A stretch of DNA of 64,000 bases from Candidatus Woesearchaeota archaeon B3_Woes. GTDB taxonomy: Archaea; Nanobdellota; Nanobdellia; Woesearchaeales; B3-WOES. This document shows, piece by piece, positions 1-10,265 of this stretch (position 1 is the first letter of the stretch; each line of letters starts with the position of its first letter). The notes under the pieces were generated by a model. That model did not search any database, was not told the origin of the DNA, and worked only from the letters and a program-made list of their open reading frames with translations. Location of the stretch: assembly GCA_005222965.1 (NCBI GenBank), contig NJBG01000001.1, positions 799,533 to 863,532 of the forward strand, written 5' to 3'. The position numbers were made by a program, and so were the translations under genes.

Positions 1-276
1 AATAATGGAGATATAATCAAAATTGGAGACCCTTTCCCTTTCGATAATGTACTAAAACACTGCTATCCTATTGTAAAAGTCATGCCAGGATGGAAAGATA
101 CGCCAATAGCAGCAGATAAAAGAAATCCAGACGACAAATTACCAAGAAATATACAAAACTTTATTGGAACAATAGAATCTTTAACAGGATTTAGTGTATT
201 AGGGATAGGCAATGGGCAAAACACCGATGATATGATATATATTAAAAGAAAAAACAATTCAGAAATAGTAATATAA
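1..276 (+). CDS. purA: Adenylosuccinate synthetase, C-terminal part (5'-truncated by window edge)
   Basis: Frame open from base 1; CYPIVKVMPGW...LPRNIQNFIGTIESLTG...GIGNGQ matches the PurA C-terminal pattern. Confidence 0.75.
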   Translation, partial: NNGDIIKIGDPFPFDNVLKHCYPIVKVMPGWKDTPIAADKRNPDDKLPRNIQNFIGTIESLTGFSVLGIGNGQNTDDMIYIKRKNNSEIVI

Positions 277-328
277 TCCATATATTATTCAGAAACTTTA
301 TAAATAACAATCCAATTATTCTTATGGC

Positions 329-1621
329 ATGGTTGAAGCAAATCCACAATCTATTGAATTAAACAACACAATAAAGAATAATAGTTCTATCTACGATTTA
401 ATATCTAACAGAGGTAAATTAATATTCTTTCCTAGAAAAGAAGTTATGGCCCAATCAGCAGATGCAAAAGGTAAAAAAATAAACGCTACAATGGGCATAG
501 CTTTAGAAGAAGATCTATCTCTAATGCGTCTAAAATCAATAGCTAAATTAATAAAAAAGCTTGATCCAAAAGAAATTTTTACTTATACATCTAGTTTTGG
601 AAAACCAGAACTAAGAGAAAAATGGAAAGAAAAAATATATGAAAAAAATCCATCTTTAGAATTAGAAACAAGTCTGCCTATAACAACAAACGGTATAACT
701 CATGGATTAAGTCTTGCAGGATACCTTTTCATAAACCCCGGAGATAAAATAATCATCCCAGATAAACTTTGGGAAAACTATGAACTTATTTTTACTAATA
801 CATATGGTGCAGAACTAGACAAATTTAATACATTTAAAGATAAAAAATTTGATCTAGAAAGTTTCAAAAACAAATTAAATAAAGGAGAAATCGGAAAAAA
901 AATAATTCTCTTAAATTTTCCAAACAACCCAACAGGATATACTTTAACAGCAGGAGAAGCAGAAAAAATAGCTGAAATAGTAAAAGAATCAGCTGAAAAA
1001 GGAAATAAAATTCTTGTTATAACAGATGATGCTTATTTTGGTCTAGTCTATAGACAAGGAGTTTACAAAGAATCAATCTTTACAAAACTAGCAAACCTCC
1101 ATCAAAATATCTTGGCAGTTAAAATCGACGGTGCAACAAAAGAAGATTATGTATGGGGATTTAGGGTTGGATTCATCACCTTTGGAATAAAAGACGCTAA
1201 CAAAGACCTTTACAAAGCCTTAGAAAACAAAACAGCAGGTGCTGTTCGTTCAACAATATCAACCGCACCACATCTATCACAATCACTAGTATTAAAGGCA
1301 TTTAACTCTAAAAAATATCAAAAAGAAAAGCAAGAAAAATATGAATTATTGAAATCAAGATATCAAGAAGTTAAAAGAGTTTTACAAGACGAAAAATATT
1401 CTGAATTCTTTAAACCACTACCTTTTAATTCAGGATATTTCATGTGCATAGAATTAAACACAGATGCAGAAAAAGTAAGACAAACACTACTGGAAAAATA
1501 TTCAACAGGAGTAATTGCAATGGGAAATCTCTTAAGAATAGCTTTCTCAGCACTATCAAAAAATCAAATACAAGAATTATTTGATAATATTTATAAAGCT
1601 TGTAAAGAACAAGGAAATTAA
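329..1621 (+). CDS. PLP-dependent aminotransferase class I/II (aspartate aminotransferase-like)
   Basis: NFPNNPTG, DDAY and DGATKEDYVWGFRVG (PLP lysine) motifs. Confidence 0.9.
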   Translation: MVEANPQSIELNNTIKNNSSIYDLISNRGKLIFFPRKEVMAQSADAKGKKINATMGIALEEDLSLMRLKSIAKLIKKLDPKEIFTYTSSFGKPELREKWKEKIYEKNPSLELETSLPITTNGITHGLSLAGYLFINPGDKIIIPDKLWENYELIFTNTYGAELDKFNTFKDKKFDLESFKNKLNKGEIGKKIILLNFPNNPTGYTLTAGEAEKIAEIVKESAEKGNKILVITDDAYFGLVYRQGVYKESIFTKLANLHQNILAVKIDGATKEDYVWGFRVGFITFGIKDANKDLYKALENKTAGAVRSTISTAPHLSQSLVLKAFNSKKYQKEKQEKYELLKSRYQEVKRVLQDEKYSEFFKPLPFNSGYFMCIELNTDAEKVRQTLLEKYSTGVIAMGNLLRIAFSALSKNQIQELFDNIYKACKEQGN

Positions 1622-1622
1622 G

Positions 1623-3410
1623 ATGGAACCCAATAAAACAAACTTTTCTTTTTACAATAAACAAGTAATAATCAAAAGTAATGGCGAAATTTGTAAAAAT
1701 TCAAGGGATTTAACTAAAACAGAATTATTCAAAAATATAATTCATAGATTTCTAGAGGATCTTAGAGAAAGAGACTCCCCTTTTCTAAATGTGTTTCCAG
1801 AAAAAATGTCTAAAAGTGAACAAGAAAAAACCATGATAAATCTTTTACAAAAACTTTCAGAATCACCTAAGGAAAAAATAATTAAAACAGCACCAGAATT
1901 TACTGATTTTTTCAAAGATAATTACTTGCTTCACCAGTTTGTTGAAGAGCTATATGACTACTGGCGTAACTTTGAGAGGTTTTTTGTATGTTATTCAACA
2001 GACAATAATGAAGAATATACACACAAAAAGCCGTATAGGACATTTAATAAAACAATAGGAACTCTAAACCATCTCGTTCGTAAAGTTTACAGAGACATAT
2101 GCGAGAATATTACTAATGATCATCCAAGAGTATACCGTCAGATATCTGCAGGATGTCAGGTAGGCCTTATTGTAGCTAAAGAAGACTGGAAATGCCCTTC
2201 CTACCTTGATAATCAATTAAGAAATATCAATTTTATCAAACAGGTTCTTATAGAACCACCATTGATCATAGACTCTCCAATGAATAAAAGAACAGGCCAA
2301 TTTAAAAAAGTTGATACAAATCCACTGAAAAATATAGAGTTAAAATCTGAGGATTGGCTGTGTTATCCTGCAAAAGTTGGAGAACTAGTTATCCATCTTT
2401 TTTTCCATAATAATTTTATAGGATTAGGAACCGCTGTTGCAAATTTGTTTGAATTAGTAGATGACAAAGATCTTGAAAAAAAGCCAGATGCTATATTTGC
2501 ATACGGAGTTCCAAAAAATTCTCTTGATAAATTTGGAAAACTTCCAACAGTCTTTTTTGATGATGAAAAAAATAATATATTTGTAGCCGCAATCCAAAGA
2601 TCAGATGATTTTGGCTATTTTGGATACATCAAAAAGATGATGTTAACTCTTCATAACATCATAATGATGAAAAAAGGAAGACTGCCAATTCATGGTGCTA
2701 TGGTAAATATAGCTCTTAAGAATGGAAAATCATCTAATATTGTTATCTTAGGAGACACAGGAACTGGTAAATCAGAATCCTTAGAAGCATTTCGTGTTCT
2801 TGGAAAAAAATATATCAGAGACATGACTATAATATTTGATGATATGGGTTCATTAGAACTTAAAAACAATAAAATAAAAGCATATGGAACTGAAACAGGA
2901 GCATTTGTCAGATTAGATGATCTTCAGCCAGGATTTGCTTTTGGAAACATTGACAGATCAATAATAATAAGTCCTCAAAAAACTAATGCAAGAGCACTAC
3001 TGCCAGTCACAACACTTAAAGAAGTTCTCCACGGTTATCCAATTGACTTCTTACTATACGCAAACAATTATGAGGAAGTTGATAAAGAACATCCTTTATT
3101 TGATGAATTCGAGTCTGTTGATGACGCACTCGAGGTGTTTAATGAAGGAGCTAGGATGGCAAAAGGAACAACTACTGAAAAAGGCATTGTTCATACCTAT
3201 TTTGCAAATGTATTTGGACCTGTTCAATATAGGGATATTCATGAAAAATTAGCATTAAAATATTTTAAAGTATTATTTAAATCTGGAGTTAGAATAGCAC
3301 AGCTAAGAACAAGGCTTGGAATTCCTGGTTTTGAAACAAAAGGACCAGAAAGCGCTGCTGAAGAACTCTTTGAAATTATATCAAAAACTAAAAAAGGGTC
3401 TAAAAAATGA
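1623..3410 (+). CDS. PEP carboxykinase-like P-loop protein
   Basis: PIHGAM, Walker A GDTGTGKSE, IFDDMG and GTETGAFVRLDD; ATG 1623 directly follows the upstream stop. Confidence 0.75.
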   Translation: MEPNKTNFSFYNKQVIIKSNGEICKNSRDLTKTELFKNIIHRFLEDLRERDSPFLNVFPEKMSKSEQEKTMINLLQKLSESPKEKIIKTAPEFTDFFKDNYLLHQFVEELYDYWRNFERFFVCYSTDNNEEYTHKKPYRTFNKTIGTLNHLVRKVYRDICENITNDHPRVYRQISAGCQVGLIVAKEDWKCPSYLDNQLRNINFIKQVLIEPPLIIDSPMNKRTGQFKKVDTNPLKNIELKSEDWLCYPAKVGELVIHLFFHNNFIGLGTAVANLFELVDDKDLEKKPDAIFAYGVPKNSLDKFGKLPTVFFDDEKNNIFVAAIQRSDDFGYFGYIKKMMLTLHNIIMMKKGRLPIHGAMVNIALKNGKSSNIVILGDTGTGKSESLEAFRVLGKKYIRDMTIIFDDMGSLELKNNKIKAYGTETGAFVRLDDLQPGFAFGNIDRSIIISPQKTNARALLPVTTLKEVLHGYPIDFLLYANNYEEVDKEHPLFDEFESVDDALEVFNEGARMAKGTTTEKGIVHTYFANVFGPVQYRDIHEKLALKYFKVLFKSGVRIAQLRTRLGIPGFETKGPESAAEELFEIISKTKKGSKK

Positions 3411-3742
3411 TAAAAGTATTTATTGCACCTTTAGTTGCATTGTTAATATCTCACTCTATAAAAGTATACTTAAGAATACACAAAAACAAAAAACTGAACA
3501 AACACCAACGCCATAAAGGAGGAGGGATGCCTTCTGGACACGCTTCTACTGTATCATCCCTGACACTATCATTATATCTCTACCAAGGTTTTGACACACT
3601 GTTTATAGTAACTTTCATATTCTCTTTAGTTATTTTAAGAAGTACAATGATAAGAAAAAAAGATACTAAACATACATTATTAGAATTATTAGTTGGTATT
3701 ATTATAGGAATGTTAACCAGTCTTGTAATATACCTTATATAA
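3407..3742 (+). CDS. Divergent PAP2-family (DUF212-like) membrane phosphatase
   Basis: GGMPSGHAS and HTxxExxVG motifs with transmembrane segments. Confidence 0.75.
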   Translation: MIKVFIAPLVALLISHSIKVYLRIHKNKKLNKHQRHKGGGMPSGHASTVSSLTLSLYLYQGFDTLFIVTFIFSLVILRSTMIRKKDTKHTLLELLVGIIIGMLTSLVIYLI

Positions 3743-4190
3743 AAAACAGAACCAGACAAACAAAGAATAACAGATTATTCAATAAAATCCTAAAATAATT
3801 CTTTTTCTTAAAATTAATTTGTAAAGAACCTATGAAAAAACCATAAAACAAAATCAAACTAGAAACCACTAATAAAAAATTTACATTTTTTGATGAAATA
3901 TAAAACACAATTCCAAGGAGAAAATAAGTAATATAACTCTTTTTATACAGTTCATTAAAATAAAACAAAACAACAATCAAAACCAAAGGTAAAAAAAGAG
4001 CCAAATAAACATTTACCCTAAAAAATTCTAAAACAAAGAACAGTATAAAACCCAAAATAATATTATGCAAAAGAATAAAATATCTTTTTCCATCTTTTAA
4101 TTCTTCTTTTGCCATAAAAGAAAGTATAATTCCAATTAATAATCCTAAATAAACAACCAAACTTATTAAAAAATAATTTAAAAAATCCAT
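3735..4190 (-). CDS. Hypothetical multi-pass membrane protein
   Basis: 151 aa with several hydrophobic segments; overlaps the upstream gene on the same strand. Confidence 0.7.
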   Translation of the reverse strand: MDFLNYFLISLVVYLGLLIGIILSFMAKEELKDGKRYFILLHNIILGFILFFVLEFFRVNVYLALFLPLVLIVVLFYFNELYKKSYITYFLLGIVFYISSKNVNFLLVVSSLILFYGFFIGSLQINFKKKNYFRILLNNLLFFVCLVLFFI

Positions 4191-4417
4191 TTACTATGCC
4201 CCCACTGTACTAATAAGTCTGCATCAACTTTAGGAGTATCACATGCACCAAAACAAGAATTAAGCCATATAAAACATTTAGCATCTGTCTCATGGTGAAT
4301 TGTATCAACTATTTCATTTGCTTTTGATTTTAAACCATCTGGCAGTTGAATTAAAACTGTTTTGGCCTTTTTCTCTTTTATTCCCTTTACAACCCTATTT
4401 AATTCTAAATCATACAT
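4178..4417 (-). CDS. dph2: Diphthamide synthesis protein Dph2, N-terminal domain only
   Basis: VLIQLPDGLK, CFGACD and ADLLVQWGHS motifs; only 79 aa. Confidence 0.8.
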   Translation of the reverse strand: MYDLELNRVVKGIKEKKAKTVLIQLPDGLKSKANEIVDTIHHETDAKCFIWLNSCFGACDTPKVDADLLVQWGHSKWIF

Positions 4418-4463
4418 AAATCATTAAAAGAACAAGCATTATAAAAAGATTATGTTAATTTCT

Positions 4464-5204
4464 TTAGTTTTGTGCTAAAATATCTGGATTTGATTCTATA
4501 AAACATCTCACATTATCTTCAGATAATAAAGGAGCATCAAATAAAGGTTGTAAATACGAATCAGTCATACCAACTAAAACACCACAACCATAATAATTTG
4601 GTTGAGCACTATCCCTATTCGTTGAAGTATGGCCTATCATATATTCAGAAGCCACAATTGCCATAGCTTCTAATGAAGTACCAAAATCTTCTGGGGTCAT
4701 ATCAGGAAATCTATTATCTCTGTTTTTCAAATATGATAAATATCTTGCAACATACTCTATATTTGTTTCAGGATTAGTCAATCTTTCTTCATATAATTCA
4801 CGTTGTTCAGGTGTTAATTCACCAGTAATACCATCTAATGAAGCTGCAGTGCTTATTGTCATTTGTCCAGGACCTAATGAAACATCTAAGTTTAACAAAT
4901 CCCCTACACTATCTTGAAGATCATCACAACGCCTTCTCCCATAATTTTCACTTGCAATAATCGAAGCAAGATATGTATCAGGCACACCATATTTAACAGC
5001 ATTCCACCTTATTATTGATTGATATTTATTAAGAAAATTATATATATCAACCTCTTTTTTATCAATCCCCTTGCTTTGATCTGGAGCAGTTATAACAGGG
5101 TTTTCTACATGTTTTTCTAGATTATTAGAAGGATACATTAAATAGAAAGTACCTAATGTAACAGTTCCTAAAATAGCCCCAATTATCCCTTGTTTAAATA
5201 ACAT
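4464..5204 (-). CDS. Membrane-anchored lytic transglycosylase (SLT)/lysozyme-like protein
   Basis: N-terminal TM; AVKYGVP..YLASIIASE (catalytic Glu), SLGPGQM, NPETNIEYVARYL; start 5204 or 5237. Confidence 0.75.
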   Translation of the reverse strand: MLFKQGIIGAILGTVTLGTFYLMYPSNNLEKHVENPVITAPDQSKGIDKKEVDIYNFLNKYQSIIRWNAVKYGVPDTYLASIIASENYGRRRCDDLQDSVGDLLNLDVSLGPGQMTISTAASLDGITGELTPEQRELYEERLTNPETNIEYVARYLSYLKNRDNRFPDMTPEDFGTSLEAMAIVASEYMIGHTSTNRDSAQPNYYGCGVLVGMTDSYLQPLFDAPLLSEDNVRCFIESNPDILAQN

Positions 5205-5227
5205 TATACATCCTTTATAAGATAGTA

Positions 5228-5356
5228 TTATTCCCATTCACAAAATAGTTCATCCATTTCGTGCTTTCCTAATTTTGACTTATTTAGAGCATCTAGTACT
5301 CTCTTCTTACCTTTTCCGCCGGTAACTTCATCATATACAAATTCTTCTTCTTCCAT
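5228..5356 (-). CDS. Small hypothetical protein, 42 aa (MEEEEFVYDEVTGGKGKKRVLDALNKSKLGKHEMDELFCEWE)
   Basis: Translated by hand; ATG at 5356, TAA at 5228; TATA-like TTTATATA upstream on the minus strand (~5398-5405). Confidence 0.5.
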   Translation of the reverse strand: MEEEEFVYDEVTGGKGKKRVLDALNKSKLGKHEMDELFCEWE

Positions 5357-5435
5357 TTTATCATAATTTTATGTTAAAAAATAACAGAAATAACTAGTAT
5401 ATAAAGCTTTCTATTTTATATCTACTGGACAGTAG

Positions 5436-5756
5436 TTAAATTATCTTTTTAATAGGAAACCTCATATATTTCTTACAATCTAAACAATAATACACTAATT
5501 TACCTTCTCTGGTTCTAATCCTCAAATTTTCACTAGGAACAAGATATGAATAACAATGCTTGCAAAACCTCTTTTTAATAGAACTATTAAGCCTTATATT
5601 ATGCTTCATAGCAAGCCGCCTAGCTTTACGCACGCATCTATTTGATTTAGCCTTATCATCTTTAAACGATTCTTTAGCTAACTTCATGAAATTAGAAATA
5701 TCAATTCTAGCCTGTTTCTTTAATTTCTCCTTTCTAACCTTGAATTTATTTAACAT
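5436..5756 (-). CDS. rnp4: Ribonuclease P protein component 4 (Rpp21)
   Basis: KRFCKHC...RIR...YYCLDC...RFP zinc ribbon. Confidence 0.9.
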   Translation of the reverse strand: MLNKFKVRKEKLKKQARIDISNFMKLAKESFKDDKAKSNRCVRKARRLAMKHNIRLNSSIKKRFCKHCYSYLVPSENLRIRTREGKLVYYCLDCKKYMRFPIKKII

Positions 5757-5811
5757 ATATTATATTATAAAACCCAAATCTTTAATAACTTTATCAATTT
5801 CTTTGAATGTT

Positions 5812-7050
5812 ATGATTAACTTCATGAAAAAATTCTTAAAAAAAAGAGAAAAAATAGGTTTGCCGCTTGAAAAATTAGAAGAATGGTTCAGTAGAAAAAC
5901 AGAATCTTCTTATGAAAATGTTAACAACAAATTAGATGAAATCAAACAAAATATTCTAAAAGAAACCTCAAAAACAAGAGAAAATATACAAAATCTTGAA
6001 AATGCACAGCTAAAAAACGATAAGATAACTACAAGAGAAATGCAGTTTATGGAAGGCAATAGAGACTTTTATACTAAAAGAATCAACATTTTTATTGAAT
6101 CTATAAAAATACCAGAAGAAGATATCAATGAGTTTATAGAGCAAATTCATGAAGATATTAACAATCTGGGAAAAAATACACTAAAAGCATATCAAACTCT
6201 GCAACATTTTTTTAGTCATGAAACATATGCTATTGCTCAAAACATAAAAGCTATAGATAATCAATTTAAGAATTTAAAAGAAATATTATCAGATAGAAAA
6301 ATAAAAGACATAAAACAAGTAAAAGACAATATAAAATCATTAAAAGAGAATATTGAAAAAGAAAAGCAATTAAAAAACGAAAAAGAACAAACAAAAAACA
6401 AAGTTAATGAACTTGAAAAAGAGAAAAAAAATATTCTATCAGAAATATCAAACAAAGAGCAAAGCCAGGAATTTAAAGAATATCATAGATTAGAAGTAGA
6501 AAAATACAAGATAAATGAACAATTAACAGAATTAAAAGATGAAATACTCCACTACTTCTCTGTTTTAGAACATGCACTAAAAAAACACATGAAATTACAT
6601 CCAGAAGATGAAAAATTCTTAAAAGACTATATCGAAGATCCTATAAAAGCAATAGTAGATGATTATAAATTAGACATAAAAAATGTTTTAGAAAAACTAG
6701 AAGAAAATATACACACAAAAAAAATAGAATTAAAAGACAAGAAAAAAGAAAAAACACTGCAAGTTATAAATAAGATAAATAAAGCAAAACTCTCTTCTTT
6801 TTTAACAGAATATAATAATCTTATGGTAGAACTAAGAAATCTTACAGAAAGAAACAATAATCATACAGTAATTGATGAAATAGAAAATATAAAATTAAAA
6901 CTAAAAGACAAAAAACAGGATATTGAAGATATTAAAAACAAAGTTGAACAATTAAATGAAACATTATCTCAAATAGACATTAACCTAATGAAAAAACAAC
7001 TAAAAGAAAAAATAAATGAAATGTTAGATATTGATTTAGAGATTGATTAA
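5812..7050 (+). CDS. Long coiled-coil hypothetical protein
   Basis: K/E-rich heptad pattern throughout; true start likely 5812 or 5824 because the extension overlaps rnp4. Confidence 0.75.
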   Translation: MINFMKKFLKKREKIGLPLEKLEEWFSRKTESSYENVNNKLDEIKQNILKETSKTRENIQNLENAQLKNDKITTREMQFMEGNRDFYTKRINIFIESIKIPEEDINEFIEQIHEDINNLGKNTLKAYQTLQHFFSHETYAIAQNIKAIDNQFKNLKEILSDRKIKDIKQVKDNIKSLKENIEKEKQLKNEKEQTKNKVNELEKEKKNILSEISNKEQSQEFKEYHRLEVEKYKINEQLTELKDEILHYFSVLEHALKKHMKLHPEDEKFLKDYIEDPIKAIVDDYKLDIKNVLEKLEENIHTKKIELKDKKKEKTLQVINKINKAKLSSFLTEYNNLMVELRNLTERNNNHTVIDEIENIKLKLKDKKQDIEDIKNKVEQLNETLSQIDINLMKKQLKEKINEMLDIDLEID

Positions 7051-8159
7051 AAACCCAATACTTTCAATCCAATAAGTTTTTTACCTTCTAAAAATTCCAG
7101 AGAAGCACCACCACCAGTACTAACATGTGTCATTTTGTTTTGTAAATTAAGTTTTCTAACAGAATCTGCTGTTTCTCCTCCACCAATAATAGTTTTGGCC
7201 TTGCTTCTTGCCAAATACTTAATTAATTCATTTGTTGATCTATCAAAAGGTTTCTTTTCAAAACACCCTAAAGGCCCATTCCATACAATTGTTTTAGCAT
7301 TCTTAAGAATATTTTTCCATTCCAATATTGTTCTAGACCCAACATCAAATATCTTTTTATTTTTAGGTATTGAATTAACATCAACAATCTTCTTATCTTC
7401 TAAAACATAATCAACAGGTAAAACAAGTTTATTAGAGAATTTTTTCATTAACTTCCTAGCTATTCTTCTCTCTCCTAAATCAATGTAATGAACATCAATA
7501 AAAGCCAAAGCCATTTTACCACCAATAAAAATTTTATCAGCCTTTTTACCAAATTTCCCTATAACTTTTATTTTGCTTTTAATCTTTGATCCACCAAAAA
7601 CAACATAAAAAGGGGGTTTTAAAATAGGATTTAACATCTTAACCTCTTTTTCCACCAATAAACCAGCACAACGATTCTTGAAATATCTAACAATTGCATT
7701 AACAGAAGCATGAGATCTGTGACAAGTCCCAAAAGCATCATTCACATAAACATCACCATGATATGAAAGTTTTTTTGCAAACTGCCTATCATTCTCTTTT
7801 TCCCCTTTATGAAATCTTAAATTTTCCAATAAAACTATTTTATCCAAAGGCAATTTAACATCAATACAATCATCAACTTTTACAACCTTTTCCCCAATCA
7901 ATCTACTTAATTTCTTGGCAGTCTTATCCATTTTTAATCTAGAATCTTTTTTACTAGCAGGATTATTCTTCCACGGATCAAGATGACTCATCAAAACAAC
8001 CTGCTTTGCTTTTTGTTTAATATATTTTATAGTTGGCAAAGAACATCTTATCTTAAAATCATCTGTAATATTTCCTTTTTTATCTAAAGGCACATTAAAA
8101 TCAACCCTAAGCAGAACTCTTTTATCTCTTAAATCTATATTTTTTAAGGTTTTTAACAT
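7047..8159 (-). CDS. pgk: Phosphoglycerate kinase
   Basis: LRVDFNVP, LLENLRF, NDAFGTCHR, WNGPLG and HVSTGGGASLE motifs. Confidence 0.97.
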   Translation of the reverse strand: MLKTLKNIDLRDKRVLLRVDFNVPLDKKGNITDDFKIRCSLPTIKYIKQKAKQVVLMSHLDPWKNNPASKKDSRLKMDKTAKKLSRLIGEKVVKVDDCIDVKLPLDKIVLLENLRFHKGEKENDRQFAKKLSYHGDVYVNDAFGTCHRSHASVNAIVRYFKNRCAGLLVEKEVKMLNPILKPPFYVVFGGSKIKSKIKVIGKFGKKADKIFIGGKMALAFIDVHYIDLGERRIARKLMKKFSNKLVLPVDYVLEDKKIVDVNSIPKNKKIFDVGSRTILEWKNILKNAKTIVWNGPLGCFEKKPFDRSTNELIKYLARSKAKTIIGGGETADSVRKLNLQNKMTHVSTGGGASLEFLEGKKLIGLKVLGF

Positions 8160-8160
8160 A

Positions 8161-9150
8161 TTACCTTGCCATCAACTTGACAACATCAATCATCCTTTTA
8201 CTAAAACCCCATTCATTATCATACCAAGCACCTAATTTAACAAGATTACCCTTAACTCTTGTTTGCTTACTATCAAATATACTCGAATGAGGATTCCCAA
8301 CAATATCTGAACTAACTAGTTCTTCCTCAGAATATTCCAGAATTCCTTTTAATTCTTTTTTTGCAGCTTCTTTCACCACATTATTTATCTTATTTTCACT
8401 CATTTCTTTTTTTAGAATTAGAGTAGCATCTGAATAACTTCCATCAGGAGTAGGAACCCTTATTGCCATTCCATCTATTTTTCCTTTTAAAGATGGAATA
8501 ACCATACCAACAGCTTTTGCTGCCCCAGTTGTTGTTGGAATTATATTAATAGCAGCAGCCCTGCCTCTTCTTAAATCTTTATGAGGTAAATCAAGTATAT
8601 TTTGGCTGCTTGTATAAGAATGAACAGTTGTAATAAAACCCCTTTCAATACCAAACTTTTCATCTATAACTTTAAGCAAAGGAGCTAAACTATTTGTTGT
8701 ACAAGAAGCATTTGAAACAAACTTTCTACCTTTTGCATCTTTATCATTTACACCCATAACAACAGTTGTTATATTCCCTTCTTTTGCTGGAGCAGATAAC
8801 AAAACCTTTTTAGCTCCTGCTTTAATATGATTTTGTAAATCATTCTCTGTTTTAAACCTGCCAGTACTCTCAAACACAACATCAACATTTAATTTCTTCC
8901 AAGGAAGTTTAGCAGGTTCTTTTTCAGAGAAAAATTTTATTTTTTTATTATTTATAACTAAAAAACCACCTTTAACATCAACCTTTCCTTTAAACTGATC
9001 ATGAACACTATCATACTTAAACAAATAAGCCATTGTTTTTAAATCGCTCAAATCATTTATTGCTACAAAATTAATATTCTTATCTTCTAAACCAGCCCTA
9101 AGAACTAATCTTCCTATCCTCCCAAACCCATTAATAGCCACATTTACCAT
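8161..9150 (-). CDS. gap: Glyceraldehyde-3-phosphate dehydrogenase, class I (bacterial type)
   Basis: INGFGRIGR, SNASCTTN and WYDNEWG motifs. Confidence 0.97.
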   Translation of the reverse strand: MVNVAINGFGRIGRLVLRAGLEDKNINFVAINDLSDLKTMAYLFKYDSVHDQFKGKVDVKGGFLVINNKKIKFFSEKEPAKLPWKKLNVDVVFESTGRFKTENDLQNHIKAGAKKVLLSAPAKEGNITTVVMGVNDKDAKGRKFVSNASCTTNSLAPLLKVIDEKFGIERGFITTVHSYTSSQNILDLPHKDLRRGRAAAINIIPTTTGAAKAVGMVIPSLKGKIDGMAIRVPTPDGSYSDATLILKKEMSENKINNVVKEAAKKELKGILEYSEEELVSSDIVGNPHSSIFDSKQTRVKGNLVKLGAWYDNEWGFSKRMIDVVKLMAR

Positions 9151-9212
9151 AATATCACCTTTTTTAATATTTAAGCAAAACCTATTTATATAGTTTGTTA
9201 TTATAGTCTTTT

Positions 9213-9869
9213 ATGGACATAATAGAAGAATCATTCAAAAGACTATATCCTGAAAAAGAATTTAATTATGAAACTCAAATAAAGTATAGTGGAAAATTCC
9301 AGCCATTTAATGCTAATGTAAGATTTAGTTCTAACAAGATAACATTAAATCTAAGCAAACAATGGAAAACAGTTGACAGCGAAATAAAAATTGGATTAAT
9401 TCAGGAAATGTTAATAAAATTATTCAAATCAAGAAAACATACAAAAAACATGGATATGTACAACACATTCATAAAAAAATTACATAACTTTGTGCCTAAA
9501 ACACAATCAGAACCAATCTTAGAAGCAAGCTTTAACAGAGTTAACAACAAATATTTCTCAAATATGATAGAACAACCAAACCTTAAATTTGGCCAAGAAT
9601 CATTCACAAAAGTAGGGAGCTACAGTTATGCTTCAGACTTAATAACAATAAGCTCTGCACTAAAACACGATTATGAATTAATCGACTATGTAATGTATCA
9701 TGAATTATTGCATAAAAAACACCAATTCAAAAACAAAAACGGAAGAAACTACCACCATACAACTCTTTTTAGAAAAAAAGAAAAAGAATATGAAAATTCT
9801 GAATTAATGGAAGAAAGATTAAAAAGACTAAAAAAACAACAATCAAAAATCTTTACGTTTTTTAATTAG
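9213..9869 (+). CDS. SprT/M48-like zinc metalloprotease-domain protein
   Basis: YVMYHELLH (HExxH) followed by HHTTLFR. Confidence 0.7.
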   Translation: MDIIEESFKRLYPEKEFNYETQIKYSGKFQPFNANVRFSSNKITLNLSKQWKTVDSEIKIGLIQEMLIKLFKSRKHTKNMDMYNTFIKKLHNFVPKTQSEPILEASFNRVNNKYFSNMIEQPNLKFGQESFTKVGSYSYASDLITISSALKHDYELIDYVMYHELLHKKHQFKNKNGRNYHHTTLFRKKEKEYENSELMEERLKRLKKQQSKIFTFFN

Positions 9870-9877
9870 AAAATAAT

Positions 9878-10192
9878 TTAAGCTCTAACATACGATCCAC
9901 TAGGATCTAAAGCCATATAACTCAATGCAGCATTAAGAGCTTTATCAGGATTATCTGCCATTTTTCTTGAATCCTGTAATCTACCTAAAATCATGTATAA
10001 TGGATCATTATAATTCTGAACATATCCTTCATAAGCAGACCCAACTTTCTTTTCATTTAGTAAAGGATCTTTAAGAAGATGTGGTGGTAATCCTCCTTTT
10101 TTATAAAGGTCTGGCATATTAGGAGGACTAACTAAAGCAGCAGGAGAAACACCTGGATTACTACCTCCCCTATTATATTTAAAATCTGTCAC
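9878..10192 (-). CDS. Hypothetical protein
   Basis: 104-aa ORF with GTG start and TATA-like box upstream. Confidence 0.55.
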   Translation of the reverse strand: MTDFKYNRGGSNPGVSPAALVSPPNMPDLYKKGGLPPHLLKDPLLNEKKVGSAYEGYVQNYNDPLYMILGRLQDSRKMADNPDKALNAALSYMALDPSGSYVRA

Positions 10193-10265
10193 CTTATTAT
10201 ATTGTAATTTTACTAAATTTATAAATCTTTGGGTTTTGTTACTACTAAATAATTAAATTAAAAAA

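Noticed and set aside
5560..5811. N-terminal extension of the coiled-coil ORF
   Set aside because: Overlaps rnp4 on the opposite strand; downstream ATGs are more plausible.
5812..7050. SMC/Rad50 ATPase
   Set aside because: No Walker A/B, signature motif or hinge/zinc hook.
8690..8710. GAPDH CTTNS instead of CTTNC
   Set aside because: The catalytic Cys is intact and loss of the second Cys is a known variant.
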